A stretch of 64,000 nt of DNA, from assembly GCA_963805625.1 (NCBI GenBank), contig CAWDVE010000013.1, positions 320,001-384,000 of the forward strand. The letters run 5' to 3'. Positions 47,423-57,595 of this stretch are shown in pieces. The notes beneath the pieces were generated by a model. That model had not been told where the DNA came from, did no database searches, and saw only the letters and a program-made list of their open reading frames with translations. The DNA comes from an uncultured Candidatus Rokubacteria bacterium. GTDB taxonomy: Bacteria; Methylomirabilota; Methylomirabilia; Rokubacteriales; DASRDR01. The number at the start of each line of letters is the position of its first letter. Positions within the stretch are counted from its first letter, which is position 1. The translations under genes and the position numbers were made by a program.

Positions 47423-47636
47423 ACCGACGCCGATTTCGGAAGCCGCGAGCGGCTCAACCGCTCGCGATCCACGGGATCGAACCCGCGGTACCGGAGCGCC
47501 TCCGCGAGGGGCCGCATCCGACCGACCTGGCGTGAGCCCGCTGACCAGAGCCGCTTGGGGATGCCTGCGGGCATCCGCCGCGCGGTGGCTTCGGTCAGCC
47601 CGAGGTCCCGCAACGGTGGCGCACCCCGCTCGGAGC

Positions 47637-48593
47637 TCAGGCGTTGCCATCGAGCGCTGCCAGGGCATCGGCGAAGCGCTGCGTGACGCGCTCGAAGCCC
47701 CGCGCGGTGGGATGGAGCTCGTTTGCCCACCACGTCTTGTAGTCAGTTCCGACGGACAGTGTCTCGCGGATGTCGACGTACTTCACGTGAGAGAACTCAC
47801 TCATCGCGGCCACGTTCTTCAGCTGTGTGTTGAAGCGGTCAATCAGCTGCTTGGCCAGCTTGATCCGCTCCTGAAGATCGTCAAAGCCCTTCTCGCGGAA
47901 GCCCGGTTCGAGCCAGGGTCCGGGCAGGAACCACCAGCCCCCGAGGAATCCCCGGCCATCGGGAACTGGATAGTCATACCCGTGGATCAGAATCGGCAGA
48001 TGCCGACCAAGGCGCTCGTCGCACACCTGGGTGATGGCGTTGAGCATCGTAATGTACGCGAGGCGGACTCGCTCGTCGATGACACCCGCCACGACTTGAG
48101 CGTTGAGACCCCGTGTGGCCGAGCGCGCGTGGTTCAGCAGCATCCCGAACTCGTCGCCCGCCACGTCGTTCCCACCACCGGACAGCAGAACGGCCTTAGG
48201 CACGACTCCCCGGCGAATCAGCTTCTCCAGTCTCCGTGTCAGCTCCTCGAGCTGCCCTCGCCCGTAGGCCATCTCTTCGACGCGGTCTCCCTTGTGCGCA
48301 ACCGACTCGACGTCGTAGCCGTGATCGTCCTCCAGCAGGCGAAGGATGTCGTTCAGGGGGTAGTCGAACCAGGAGTCACCCTCCGCCACCAACACACCGG
48401 CCGTTGCCGGACCCCCGACCGCCCGCAGCCGTGCGGGGTCAATGGTGACGGCGGCCTTCGCTCGTGGCGGCGCCGGCACCGCCCGCATTGCCTTGGCGCG
48501 CCTTCGCAGCGCAGCGGCTCTCAGCTCCAGCACCGCCCGGGCCTCGACACGACCAACCGCGAGTGCCTTGCGGGCCAGGCGATCAGTTGGCAT
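47637..48593 (-). CDS. SGNH/GDSL hydrolase
   Basis: AEGDSWF, SGGGND, HGYDY, NELHP. Confidence 0.85.
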   Translation of the reverse strand: MPTDRLARKALAVGRVEARAVLELRAAALRRRAKAMRAVPAPPRAKAAVTIDPARLRAVGGPATAGVLVAEGDSWFDYPLNDILRLLEDDHGYDVESVAHKGDRVEEMAYGRGQLEELTRRLEKLIRRGVVPKAVLLSGGGNDVAGDEFGMLLNHARSATRGLNAQVVAGVIDERVRLAYITMLNAITQVCDERLGRHLPILIHGYDYPVPDGRGFLGGWWFLPGPWLEPGFREKGFDDLQERIKLAKQLIDRFNTQLKNVAAMSEFSHVKYVDIRETLSVGTDYKTWWANELHPTARGFERVTQRFADALAALDGNA

Positions 48594-48791
48594 CTACGGT
48601 ACCTCCTTTCGATTCTGACCTCGGTCGCATCCCCGCTGCCGTCGGCGCGGGCGAGCGTGCGTCACTCGCCGTAGGACGGGGGCTCCTTCAGCCGACCTCT
48701 CACGTCGCGTGGGACACCGTGAGCGAATCGCGGAGAGCTGTGGTCTTGGGTGTCTTGGGTGAGCACGGTCGCGGGTCCCTCCCCGGAGGGG

Positions 48792-50306
48792 TCACGGCAC
48801 GTCCTCCGCGCTGATCTGCTCCGCCGGCACGTACGTCGGGATGGGCAGCGGCGGGTTGACCGGCGCCTGGCGAAACTCGGGGTTGCCGGGCAGGCCCACC
48901 CACACCTTCCAGCCGGCGCCCTGAGCGTACTCGCGATAGCCGCTGTAACCCGACAGGCTGGGCGTCCACTGGGCGTCGCTGCCCCCGACGCGGACGTAGA
49001 GGTCGCCGCGCCGCCCTTCGACCCGGGCCGCGTAGACGCCCGCCGCGCGGGCATTGTCCTGGAGGTGCAGCGCGCTGCCCGCATGCACCCCCGCGACCTT
49101 CCGGGCATTGATCAGCGCTCGGATCTTGTTCTGCAAGTCGGCGCCCCAGTCGAAGTAGTGCTTCCAGAAGACCGTCGGCACCCCGGGATGGGTCAAGACG
49201 TGAGCGTAGGCCTGCTCGACCTGCCAGTTGTTCGCGAACACGTCGAACTCGTGACCCTTCTCGGGCGTGCCGTCCTCGTTCGTCCGGTACCCCAGGTCGT
49301 GGTTCTGCACGAATGTCACGGCGCGGTTCCTCCAGGGCAGACCGTCGGTCGTGTCGCCCACCATGCCGATGCCGTTCCCGTATCCGTAGAGCGCGAAGTA
49401 GCGACCCTCGCGAAGCTGTTGCAGCGTGAACAGGGTCGTGAAATCGAACACGCTGCTCGCCGACCGGAGATGATCCGCGCCGGTCGCGGTCGCGTCCGTG
49501 GCGGTGTACCAGATCCAGCCCCGCTGCTCGTTGTGGGCCGCCCAGTCGTACTCGCCCACGGAGAACGTCGGCGTCGTGAGCCGATTGTAGAGAGCGACCC
49601 ACCGCGCGTGATAGCCGTGCGCCACGTCGAACCGCCAGCCCCGGTATCCCGCGGACTTGAGCTGGCGCAGGTAGCGCACGATGTCCTGGCGGACCCGGCG
49701 GTCGGTGTGGGCGATGTCACGGAAGCTCTCGTAGCCATACGTGGTGCCGCCATGCCGCGTGTACTCGCTCGGGCGCTCCTCGCATCGCCCGCGCTGCTCG
49801 ACGGGTGTGTCCGCGATCCCGGAGGCGGGGTTCTGGAAAGCCTCGTCCGTCTCGCAGATCGCCCAGGGGCCCCAGTCGGGATTCTTGAAGTCCGCCCAGC
49901 CCGTCAGCCCGTCGCGGTGATTGATGACGACGTCCGCGATCGGCTCGACGCCACTCTGGAGGAGCGCTTCGAGCATCGCCCGGTGCTCAGGGAAGGACCC
50001 GTAGCTGTTGTCCAGTCGGAAGTACTCCTTGGGGTTGTAGCCAGCGCTGAACTCCCCGGCGAACGACGGGGGCGCCAGCCAAATCAGATCGAACCGTCCC
50101 TCGCGAATCGTGGCCGCGTTCTCGCGCACGATCCGGTACCAGGACGTGCTCCCAAAGGTGGGAAACTTCCCGGGATGTCCGTGGCGGTATGACTCCCAGT
50201 AGAAGCCCTGGAGCATGACGCGATCGTCCTCGAACCCCGCCTGCGCGGCGGCGGGCGCAGCGCTCACCAGCACCAGCACGACGGCGAGCGCGACGCGGCG
50301 GATCAC
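48792..50306 (-). CDS. Secreted GH13 alpha-amylase
   Basis: Signal peptide; LQGFYWES, DVVINH, GWRFDVA.G, VGEY, FVQNHD. Confidence 0.92.
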   Translation of the reverse strand: MIRRVALAVVLVLVSAAPAAAQAGFEDDRVMLQGFYWESYRHGHPGKFPTFGSTSWYRIVRENAATIREGRFDLIWLAPPSFAGEFSAGYNPKEYFRLDNSYGSFPEHRAMLEALLQSGVEPIADVVINHRDGLTGWADFKNPDWGPWAICETDEAFQNPASGIADTPVEQRGRCEERPSEYTRHGGTTYGYESFRDIAHTDRRVRQDIVRYLRQLKSAGYRGWRFDVAHGYHARWVALYNRLTTPTFSVGEYDWAAHNEQRGWIWYTATDATATGADHLRSASSVFDFTTLFTLQQLREGRYFALYGYGNGIGMVGDTTDGLPWRNRAVTFVQNHDLGYRTNEDGTPEKGHEFDVFANNWQVEQAYAHVLTHPGVPTVFWKHYFDWGADLQNKIRALINARKVAGVHAGSALHLQDNARAAGVYAARVEGRRGDLYVRVGGSDAQWTPSLSGYSGYREYAQGAGWKVWVGLPGNPEFRQAPVNPPLPIPTYVPAEQISAEDVP

Positions 50307-50456
50307 CCGATCGATCGCATAGGCCCAGCTCCGCCGGTCACCGTGTGGGGAAGCACGAGACGACCCCGACCGCCCGGGAGCCGGCGCCGAGCCCGGCGAT
50401 CACGGTGCGCCCCCGAGAAGCGGGCCCCGGCGCAAGTGGGGGAACGCCACGCGTGG

Positions 50457-52841
50457 TCACCCGCGGCCTGGTGGCCGGCGCTTCCCGGCCCACGGATCCG
50501 GTCCGAGCTCAGGATCGAAGGCACGCAACGGGTGGCGGACCGGGTCCAGCCTCTCTCCGTCGTCCCAGGGTTCGAAGGCGTTCCGAATGTTCGCGAGCCC
50601 GCTGTCGATAAGCTCTGGATGGTGTCGCAGCAGCACCGTTCGGAAGTCTGCCGCGTCGATCCAATCCAGGCCTTCCTTCGTGTACGTCTCGGCGTTGTAA
50701 CAGGTCGTATAGAAGCGATCTGCTTGGAGCCGCCGGGTGGCGTTCAGGATGAAGATCTGAAATAGCGTCTCTCCGAAGCCGAAGTTGGTTGGCCGGCGAC
50801 TCGGCGATTGTTCGGCCAGCGTGCCGATCAGCAGGTCGAGTGCCTCGACGTCCCCTCCGTATACGGCCTCGAGCCGACCGAGCTGCTCTTCGTCATCGGT
50901 CAGGTCCCTGAAGGTGCGGATCGGCTTCAGCAGGAGCTGCCGGCGAAACTCGTTATACCGCGGCACGCCGCGCTCCCTCGCGCGCAGGATGTCGATGGCG
51001 CCCAGATCCAGCACGGGGTGTCCCGGCACGCTGAGCTCCTGCAGAAACCGCGGGAAGTTGTTCAGCTCGAGTGCCCCGGCCGACTGCTTGCCGAAGGAGT
51101 ACAGGAGATTCGTCATGCTCACCCGGCCACTGAGGCGGCTGGATCCCGCCTGGCGGGTCATCGGCATCGGCACACGCTCGATCACCGAGTCGTCCCGGTA
51201 ACGACGGAGCTCGATCGCTTCCGGGAGAAGCGAGTGCAGGCGATAGACCTCGACGAACTCCTCCGTCAGGCTGAAGGGCACGCCGTGCTTGTCGATCGGA
51301 TTGCCCACGACCCCGCCGAGCTCGGGGTGCCTCAGGTTGACTCCCGCCACGGTCTTCCGGCTCTCGCGACTTCGCAGGAGGTTCGTCATCAGTCCGTACC
51401 AGTTCGCATTCAGGGCGGCGTTCAGGGTCCGATTGGGCAGGATCGCCGGCGTCCACTCGATCGTGTGTATCTTGGCTATCACCGCGGCATTGATGAGGCG
51501 CGCGACGTTGAACACGCGGGCGTCCTCCCAGCGGGGGTGCCGAGTCTTGAGTCGCACACAGATCGCGTTGTGTTCCTTGGCGAACAGCGTGTGCAGTAGG
51601 CTCAAGCCCACCCACCAATTGCGGACGAATCCGGTCTCTTCGATGCCGTCGCTCCCGGTCGGCAGCCGGCCGTCCGCCTCGAGCCTCAGCTTGCCGTCGA
51701 GGCCGGAACGAAGGCGGCGCTGAGTCTCCCAGTCGCTCCCGTAGATCTGTGACGCATCCCACCAGTGCGTCACCTCGTTGAGGTACGTGACCGGCGTCTC
51801 CTCCCCATCCGGCAACCGTGTCGGGTCCGGCTGGGTCCGGCCGACCGTCATCTCCCGCAGGAGGTACCTGTCGCGCAGGCTGTCGTCATTCGACAACGGG
51901 ATCCGGTGAACGGCCTGCTGCAGATTGTCGCCATGGCTCACCCAGTCATGGGTCTGGAACTGGATCCAGGCGGCGGCGAGGAGATTGAGGAAGGGCACCT
52001 CCTTCATCGTGTCGCCACGCGTCAGGAGCACGCGACTCACCTCGCGCGGATTGGGGGTCGAGAGCCGCGCTCCGCCCTCAGGCCGAATGGCGCCCGTCTC
52101 GACGTTACGCGAGAAGCGCGTGCCCGCCGCCCCCTCCATCGGGTTCTGCAGATTGTTCCAGCTCCCGTCGGCCGTCCGGTAGCTCTCGACCCCGGCGGGG
52201 GGAACCTGCCCCCTTGCCTGAAACGCGGTCAAGCTGCCCTTCGGGTAGGCGTCCCTCAATCGCTGACGATTGAGCTCGTCGCGCATGTGGGCGAGCGTCA
52301 GGATGCCGCGAAACAGCGATCGTCGGGACCAGTTGGTCCATACTTCGTCCTGGTAGCCCGCCAGTCGCCCGTACACTCGGGTCAGCAGGCCGAACAGCGC
52401 CGCGCCGAGGACACCGAGTCCACTGCCCAGGACGAGCAACGGCCGGCGAACCCGGGGGAGGCCGCTCGCCCCGGCCGGCAACGGAAGCGCCCCCGCCGGC
52501 GGCGTCGAAGGCGCGAGGACCGCGGCCCGGTCGAAGAAGCGCAGCGCCGGACCGGAGGCCCCGATCCGCGAGACGGCGTTGGCGTGTGCCCGTGCCCGCA
52601 GCTCCCGCCAGTCCTCGCGCCCAGGCTCCCGCGCCAGGGCCGCATCGTAGTGCTCGACCGAGGCCGCGTAGTCCTCGAGGTGGAAGCAGGCCAGGGCCAT
52701 GAGCGCCCGGCTGGACCCGCCGGGGTCTTCTCGCGCGGCTGCCTGGAGGGCGACCATGGCGCCGCGATGGTCACCACTCTCGATCAGTCGCATCGCCCGC
52801 TCACGGTCGGCTCTCCACCCGGGTCCGGCCGCGCGCTCCAT
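50457..52841 (-). CDS. TPR plus animal-heme peroxidase/cyclooxygenase-family protein, fatty-acid alpha-dioxygenase-like
   Basis: YRTADGSWN, WIQFQTHDW, THWWDASQIYG, AKIHTIEWT, EEFVEVYRLHSLLP, RERGVPRYNEFRR. Confidence 0.88.
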   Translation of the reverse strand: MERAAGPGWRADRERAMRLIESGDHRGAMVALQAAAREDPGGSSRALMALACFHLEDYAASVEHYDAALAREPGREDWRELRARAHANAVSRIGASGPALRFFDRAAVLAPSTPPAGALPLPAGASGLPRVRRPLLVLGSGLGVLGAALFGLLTRVYGRLAGYQDEVWTNWSRRSLFRGILTLAHMRDELNRQRLRDAYPKGSLTAFQARGQVPPAGVESYRTADGSWNNLQNPMEGAAGTRFSRNVETGAIRPEGGARLSTPNPREVSRVLLTRGDTMKEVPFLNLLAAAWIQFQTHDWVSHGDNLQQAVHRIPLSNDDSLRDRYLLREMTVGRTQPDPTRLPDGEETPVTYLNEVTHWWDASQIYGSDWETQRRLRSGLDGKLRLEADGRLPTGSDGIEETGFVRNWWVGLSLLHTLFAKEHNAICVRLKTRHPRWEDARVFNVARLINAAVIAKIHTIEWTPAILPNRTLNAALNANWYGLMTNLLRSRESRKTVAGVNLRHPELGGVVGNPIDKHGVPFSLTEEFVEVYRLHSLLPEAIELRRYRDDSVIERVPMPMTRQAGSSRLSGRVSMTNLLYSFGKQSAGALELNNFPRFLQELSVPGHPVLDLGAIDILRARERGVPRYNEFRRQLLLKPIRTFRDLTDDEEQLGRLEAVYGGDVEALDLLIGTLAEQSPSRRPTNFGFGETLFQIFILNATRRLQADRFYTTCYNAETYTKEGLDWIDAADFRTVLLRHHPELIDSGLANIRNAFEPWDDGERLDPVRHPLRAFDPELGPDPWAGKRRPPGRG

Positions 52842-52842
52842 G

Positions 52843-53337
52843 TCACGCTCGGCGAGGCCCCACCCGGTTTTGCCCCCGCCGTGCCCGCCTCGTCGTGGCG
52901 GGATCGTTGCGATCGTCGCGCCAGGGCGGGTGATGGAGAGGAATCACGAAGTCGCCGTTGTAGGACGCCACCCCGTTGTCGAACGTGATTCTGCCGATGT
53001 GGCGCGAGTTCTCGATCGTCCGTCGCTGAAGCACCGGAGTTTCGCCGCGGTGCTTCTCGTTCAGGTCGGGGTAGCTCTGCGGCAGACCCGGCTCGACGAA
53101 CAGGACGTCCGATTCCGCGACGCCGAGCTGGTCCGCGACGTGCGCGTGCGACGCATCCCAGGGAGTCGGCCCGCCGTCGGGAAGGTCGGCCAGGTGCCAG
53201 GCGGGGGCGGCGGCCAGTCCCAATCCGCCCGGCGGGGCCGCCGGGTCCCAGAGCGGCCGCAGGTTGGCCCACGGGGCGACGGCGGCCAGGGTGGTCGAAG
53301 GGCGGAGCTTCACCAGGATCCGGTTGGCGTTCGCCAT
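52843..53337 (-). pseudogene. Chimera: peptidase-S8-propeptide-like N-terminus plus a diverged copy of the neighbour's C-terminus
   Basis: RILVKL..FVEP; QRRTIENSRHIGRITFDNGVASYNGDFVI..HHP.WR..RNDPAT duplicates the end of 53384-54457. Confidence 0.7.
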
Positions 53338-53383
53338 GAGAGCTCTCCTCGGTCGGTCCGCGGCGGCGCCGGCTCGATGCGCG

Positions 53384-54457
53384 TCAGCCGACCTTGCGCC
53401 CGTTCACGCGGGTGGCGGTCGCGGGATCGTTCCGGTTCCCCCGCCAGGTCGGGTGGTGGAAGTGGATCACGAAGTCGCCGTTGTACGACGCGACCGCGTT
53501 GTCGAAGACCATCCGTCCGATCCGGCGCCAGTTCTTGAACGTGCGCCGCTGGAAGATCGGCAGACCGCGCGTCGTGCCTTCGTCGCTCACCTCGATGTCG
53601 AACACGAGCGACCGCCTCGGTCTCGGATCGCCCCGGTCGAAGATCTGGGCCATGACCTCGTCGCGGAAATCCAGCCCCTCGCCCTCGATCCTCGGCTGCT
53701 CGGCGGCGACCAGCAGGCGCATGAACTCCGGCGCGCGCGTCGGCTCGGCCGGCGGCTTGCCCAGCTCGGCGATCTCGTAGAGCTGGCGGATGGACGGCTC
53801 CTTGTCGGCGCGCATGAAAACGACGCCCGTGGTCAGCAGGATGGGCACCCCCAGACCGCGGCGCCAGGCGCGGGTGTCGGGGGCGTTGCGAAGCTCGGCG
53901 TCATTGATGTAGTCCGTCCGCGCCCCGCCCAGATCCTGTTGAGTGATGAAGCTCGCCGGCCGAAGCGGCTCGGCATGGTTCGGGTCGAGCGTGGGGTAGA
54001 TCTTCCCGACCAGCGAGAGCGATCGATAGTGCCCCCGCCGGGTCTCCGTGCAGCAGGTCGAGTAACGCCCGATCGCCAGGCCTCGGCTGCCGGGCTTGAA
54101 GTAGCCGGTGTAGGGCGTCTCCTGCGTGATCTCCCACCGGCCGGTGAGGCAGATCCCGTTGGGGTGCAGGAGGCGCCGATAGCCCCGGCGGTCCGGTCCC
54201 CAGCGCAGGTCCGCGCGGGAATCGACGGTTCGTCGGGCGGCGGCGAGGAACTGGTAGGGCTTGCCGAACGGCGCCAGTCCGGCCAGCACGCTGGCGAGCG
54301 TCACCGGGTAGACTGGCAGCGGCGGCTCGTTCCTCCCCCCCCACACCTTCTGGTAGGGGTTGGTGAATACGGCATCTCGCACCTCCGAGAACCTCGCTCC
54401 CAGGTAACCCGCGTCCTCGTCCGTGAATCCCTCCGGCCCCAGCCCGTCGGCTCCCAT
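53384..54457 (-). CDS. Divergent catalase-like-fold hypothetical protein
   Basis: RLLHPNGICLTGRW (compare catalase HAKG), GRYS, SLVGKI; GGAG RBS. Confidence 0.65.
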   Translation of the reverse strand: MGADGLGPEGFTDEDAGYLGARFSEVRDAVFTNPYQKVWGGRNEPPLPVYPVTLASVLAGLAPFGKPYQFLAAARRTVDSRADLRWGPDRRGYRRLLHPNGICLTGRWEITQETPYTGYFKPGSRGLAIGRYSTCCTETRRGHYRSLSLVGKIYPTLDPNHAEPLRPASFITQQDLGGARTDYINDAELRNAPDTRAWRRGLGVPILLTTGVVFMRADKEPSIRQLYEIAELGKPPAEPTRAPEFMRLLVAAEQPRIEGEGLDFRDEVMAQIFDRGDPRPRRSLVFDIEVSDEGTTRGLPIFQRRTFKNWRRIGRMVFDNAVASYNGDFVIHFHHPTWRGNRNDPATATRVNGRKVG

Positions 54458-54468
54458 TCGTCGCTCCT

Positions 54469-57400
54469 CTATTTCTTCCGGCGCGGCCACGGGAACGTGG
54501 CGCCCGGATAGAACTCCTCGTCGCCGGTGGGCTCGAAGCGCTTCAGACCGTCGGCCTCCAATCGGGCCTTCTGCAGGGCGAACATCACGTCCCGGCGCGC
54601 GCGATTGATGCCGCCGAGCGGCTCGTGCTGGGGCAGACTGTGCCAGGGATTGAAGCTGATGTTCTGACAGAACTCCCCCTGCTCGGTCGAGGCAAAGTCC
54701 TGGGGCGGGATGCGGATCGTCGCGAGCTTCTCCCACGGGGAGTCCTTCTCGTCCCACGGGATCAGCGCGTTCTCGATCGGCTGGCGGTCGGTCGACCACC
54801 GCTGAACCTTGAAATCCAGAGACAGCCCGCCGCCCCCCCAGGACGGACTCAGCTGATCCTTGAGCCGCGCCATCAAGTAGTCGTCGGAGGCGCGGTCCGC
54901 CGTGGGCGGATGAAACTGGACCGGCGCCGGAGGGAAGGCGGCATATTTCACCTCCAACTGGCCCAGCCGGTACGGCGTGGCGCTGAACCAGCGGATGTCG
55001 GCGATGCTGGGGTACACCTTGCGGCCGACCAGGGTATTCCACGCCCCCCGCGGATGCGTGAGCAGGTGGCCCAGCACCGGAAGGCTGCCGAACGCGTGGC
55101 TCCCGCCCTTCACGATGGCGGCGAACAGGTCGTGAAAATGCCGCGGGTTGCCGGCGAAAAAGACGTCGTGGCCGATGAACAAGAAGTCCTGGGTGAGCTT
55201 CTCCTCGACGTCTTCCCGCCCCGGGCCCGCGTATCCCGGCGATGGAACCGCGAACTTCTCTCCCCGCACGCCGAAGAGCTTGATCGCCATGCCGCGGAAG
55301 TCCTTCGCGGTGTCCGGGGTCGGATGATCGGCCGCATTGGAGAAGCGGACCCACGCTTTGAAGGTCCGGTCGGCGGGCGTCCGGCCCTTGAACACCCCGA
55401 CCTTGAACTTTTCCCAGAGATGGTCCTCGACGAGGAACTGCGCCCGCACGCACGCGTTGGTCTTGGAGTGTGTGTCGCGGAGGTGCGCGGACGCGTTCCC
55501 GTATTGATCGTCGAGCTTCGCGGTGAGCAGCGCGACGGTGGCCCGGATGGTCTCGGCCTCGTTGCGAGGCACCGACCACGGCTCCAGGACGAACCACGAC
55601 AGGGCGAGCCAGCCGAGCGCCACTGCGCCGACCCGCCAGCCCCACTTCCAGGCTTTGCCGATCCACTCCTTGGCCGTTCGGCGCCATCGCGTCCAGCGGC
55701 TCTCCGGCGGTCCGAATCCTGCGTCGGCAAGGATCACGTCGGCCGCCTTCTCACCGATCATGAAGACGGAAGTCACAATGAAGAACCCGGGAATCCTCGG
55801 AAACACCGAGGCGTCGACCACGCGCAGGTCCTTGGTCCCGTACACCCGGAAGTTGCCGTCGAGCACCGCCATGGGGTCGTCCTTCCGACCGATCTTGCAG
55901 GTGCAGGACGCATGGTGGCCCCAGGCGTTGTCCTTGACGAATTGGGCGAGGTCCTCTCGCGCCTGCTCATCGGGCGCTTCCTCTTCCACGAAGTGGCCCC
56001 GGACGTGGGAGTTGATGGCGCGGACGAACTTGACGCCATCCACGACCGACTCGAGGTCTTCCTGCCAGCCTTCGGTGCCCTCGTGGAAGTAGCGGAAATT
56101 GATGTCGGGGGTATCGCGCGGGTCGGCCGATCGCAATCCGACCGTGCCTCCCGTGTTGTTCGTGTGCGCCTTCAGGACCGCCCAGGTCAGGTAGTTGTGG
56201 CTGCGAACGATCTCCTCCGAATAGCCCGGCTCGTAGCCGCGGAACTTCCCCACCAGCGCGAAACAGAAGAGATCGGGCAGCGGCCGGCACTTGTCGGATC
56301 TCTTGATCACCGCGAGAACCGCGCCGTTCGTCGTGTAGACGCCGCGCCTCCTTTGCCACATCCGGTACTGCCCGTCTTTGCTTCCGAAGAGAGCGCCTTT
56401 GAGGACCGCCCAGTCCTTCTCCATCCGGTTGACGACGCCGACCTCGTACCGGTCCTGCAGATTCCTTCCCACCCCCGGAAGATGAACGCGCACTGCGATC
56501 CCGTGTCTCTCGAGCTCGTCCCGCGGTCCGATGCCCGACAGCTTCAAGAGCTGCGGCGTGTTGAACGCGCCGCCCGCGAGGATCACCTCGCGGGTGGCGC
56601 GGGCCGATCTCGGTTCGCCCGGTTTGTCGCTCGGTTTGCCGTGCGCCCGGTAGAGCCGCTCGCCTTTGAGATACTCGACGCCGACCGCCCGATTCTTGTC
56701 GTCGAAGAGCACTCTGGTCGCCAGCGCATCGAGCTCGATCGTCAGATTGTCCGGAAAGCGCCGCTTGACGTCGATCAGGAATTCGCGCGTGCCGTTCCGC
56801 CGGCGACGGACCGTCGCCAACGGTGGCAGACGAAGCCCGACGGCGTCGTCCTTGACGAGGCGCCAGTCGTTCGGATCGAAACGGCCAAGCAAGAACCACC
56901 AGACGCGCTTGAACGGCAGCTCCACGGCCTTTGCGGCGGCCTTGGTCGACCTGACGATGACCCTGACCAGTCGCTTGTCCCGCTTGAGAGCCTCCACCGG
57001 CACCGCGACTTCGGTGCCCAGCCAGCCCCGGTAACCGTGACGCGTGGGATTGAGACGAAGGAGGTTATACAGCCACCGCCATGGAAACCGGCGGTAATGG
57101 CAGTTCTCCATGCGCTGGTAGTACTTGCGCATGTTCTCGGCCTTCCAGGTGGGATCGCCGGTGAGCTTGGCGAGGTCGTCCCAGTCCTTGTTGTGCGGGT
57201 AGACCATGATCATGGCGTTGTGCGACGTGCAGCCGCCCAAGGTCCCGGCTCGCGGATACCAGATCCAGGGCTCGTCGTTGAACACGCGATGCTTGGGGTC
57301 TCTGCGCTGCTGCTGGTCGTCGCTGTAGTGGCGCACCCAGAAGTCCCAGCGCAGCGCGTCGGCTTCGGTCGAGATGCCGTGAAAGCACGGCACATCGTAG

Positions 57401-57576
57401 TCGTCCGGTAACGCCACTCGCTCTGGGTCCCATCGCACGCCGCCCTTGAGCTCGTACGGGTCGCCGCCTGCTTCCAGGAGCAATACCTTCCGTCCGGCCT
57501 CCGCCAGTCGCGCGGCAACCGTCCCGCCGCCGGCGCCAGATCCCACGACGATGTATTCGTACTGAGGTTCCGTCAT
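54469..57576 (-). CDS. GMC oxidoreductase fused through a TM segment to a catalase-like (AOS/HPL-type) domain
   Basis: VGSGAGG, GTLGGC, GAFNTPQLL.LSGIG, HHASCTC, LRVVDAS; then RDTH.K, WVRFSN, RGMAIK, FNPWH....EPLGGINRAR. Confidence 0.9.
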   Translation of the reverse strand: MTEPQYEYIVVGSGAGGGTVAARLAEAGRKVLLLEAGGDPYELKGGVRWDPERVALPDDYDVPCFHGISTEADALRWDFWVRHYSDDQQQRRDPKHRVFNDEPWIWYPRAGTLGGCTSHNAMIMVYPHNKDWDDLAKLTGDPTWKAENMRKYYQRMENCHYRRFPWRWLYNLLRLNPTRHGYRGWLGTEVAVPVEALKRDKRLVRVIVRSTKAAAKAVELPFKRVWWFLLGRFDPNDWRLVKDDAVGLRLPPLATVRRRRNGTREFLIDVKRRFPDNLTIELDALATRVLFDDKNRAVGVEYLKGERLYRAHGKPSDKPGEPRSARATREVILAGGAFNTPQLLKLSGIGPRDELERHGIAVRVHLPGVGRNLQDRYEVGVVNRMEKDWAVLKGALFGSKDGQYRMWQRRRGVYTTNGAVLAVIKRSDKCRPLPDLFCFALVGKFRGYEPGYSEEIVRSHNYLTWAVLKAHTNNTGGTVGLRSADPRDTPDINFRYFHEGTEGWQEDLESVVDGVKFVRAINSHVRGHFVEEEAPDEQAREDLAQFVKDNAWGHHASCTCKIGRKDDPMAVLDGNFRVYGTKDLRVVDASVFPRIPGFFIVTSVFMIGEKAADVILADAGFGPPESRWTRWRRTAKEWIGKAWKWGWRVGAVALGWLALSWFVLEPWSVPRNEAETIRATVALLTAKLDDQYGNASAHLRDTHSKTNACVRAQFLVEDHLWEKFKVGVFKGRTPADRTFKAWVRFSNAADHPTPDTAKDFRGMAIKLFGVRGEKFAVPSPGYAGPGREDVEEKLTQDFLFIGHDVFFAGNPRHFHDLFAAIVKGGSHAFGSLPVLGHLLTHPRGAWNTLVGRKVYPSIADIRWFSATPYRLGQLEVKYAAFPPAPVQFHPPTADRASDDYLMARLKDQLSPSWGGGGLSLDFKVQRWSTDRQPIENALIPWDEKDSPWEKLATIRIPPQDFASTEQGEFCQNISFNPWHSLPQHEPLGGINRARRDVMFALQKARLEADGLKRFEPTGDEEFYPGATFPWPRRKK

Positions 57577-57595
57577 CGTCCCTCCGCCTGCCACC

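Noticed and set aside
47468-47490. GGGTTCGATCCC tRNA-like motif (- strand)
   Set aside because: Loop geometry is wrong and no cloverleaf can be built
45026-47668. Long antisense ORFs (also 54625-57411, 2728-5010, 24359-26167 and others)
   Set aside because: High-GC shadow frames opposite well-supported genes
53384-55687. 767-aa ORF
   Set aside because: Its upstream part is an alternative frame inside the GMC fusion; the real start is 54457
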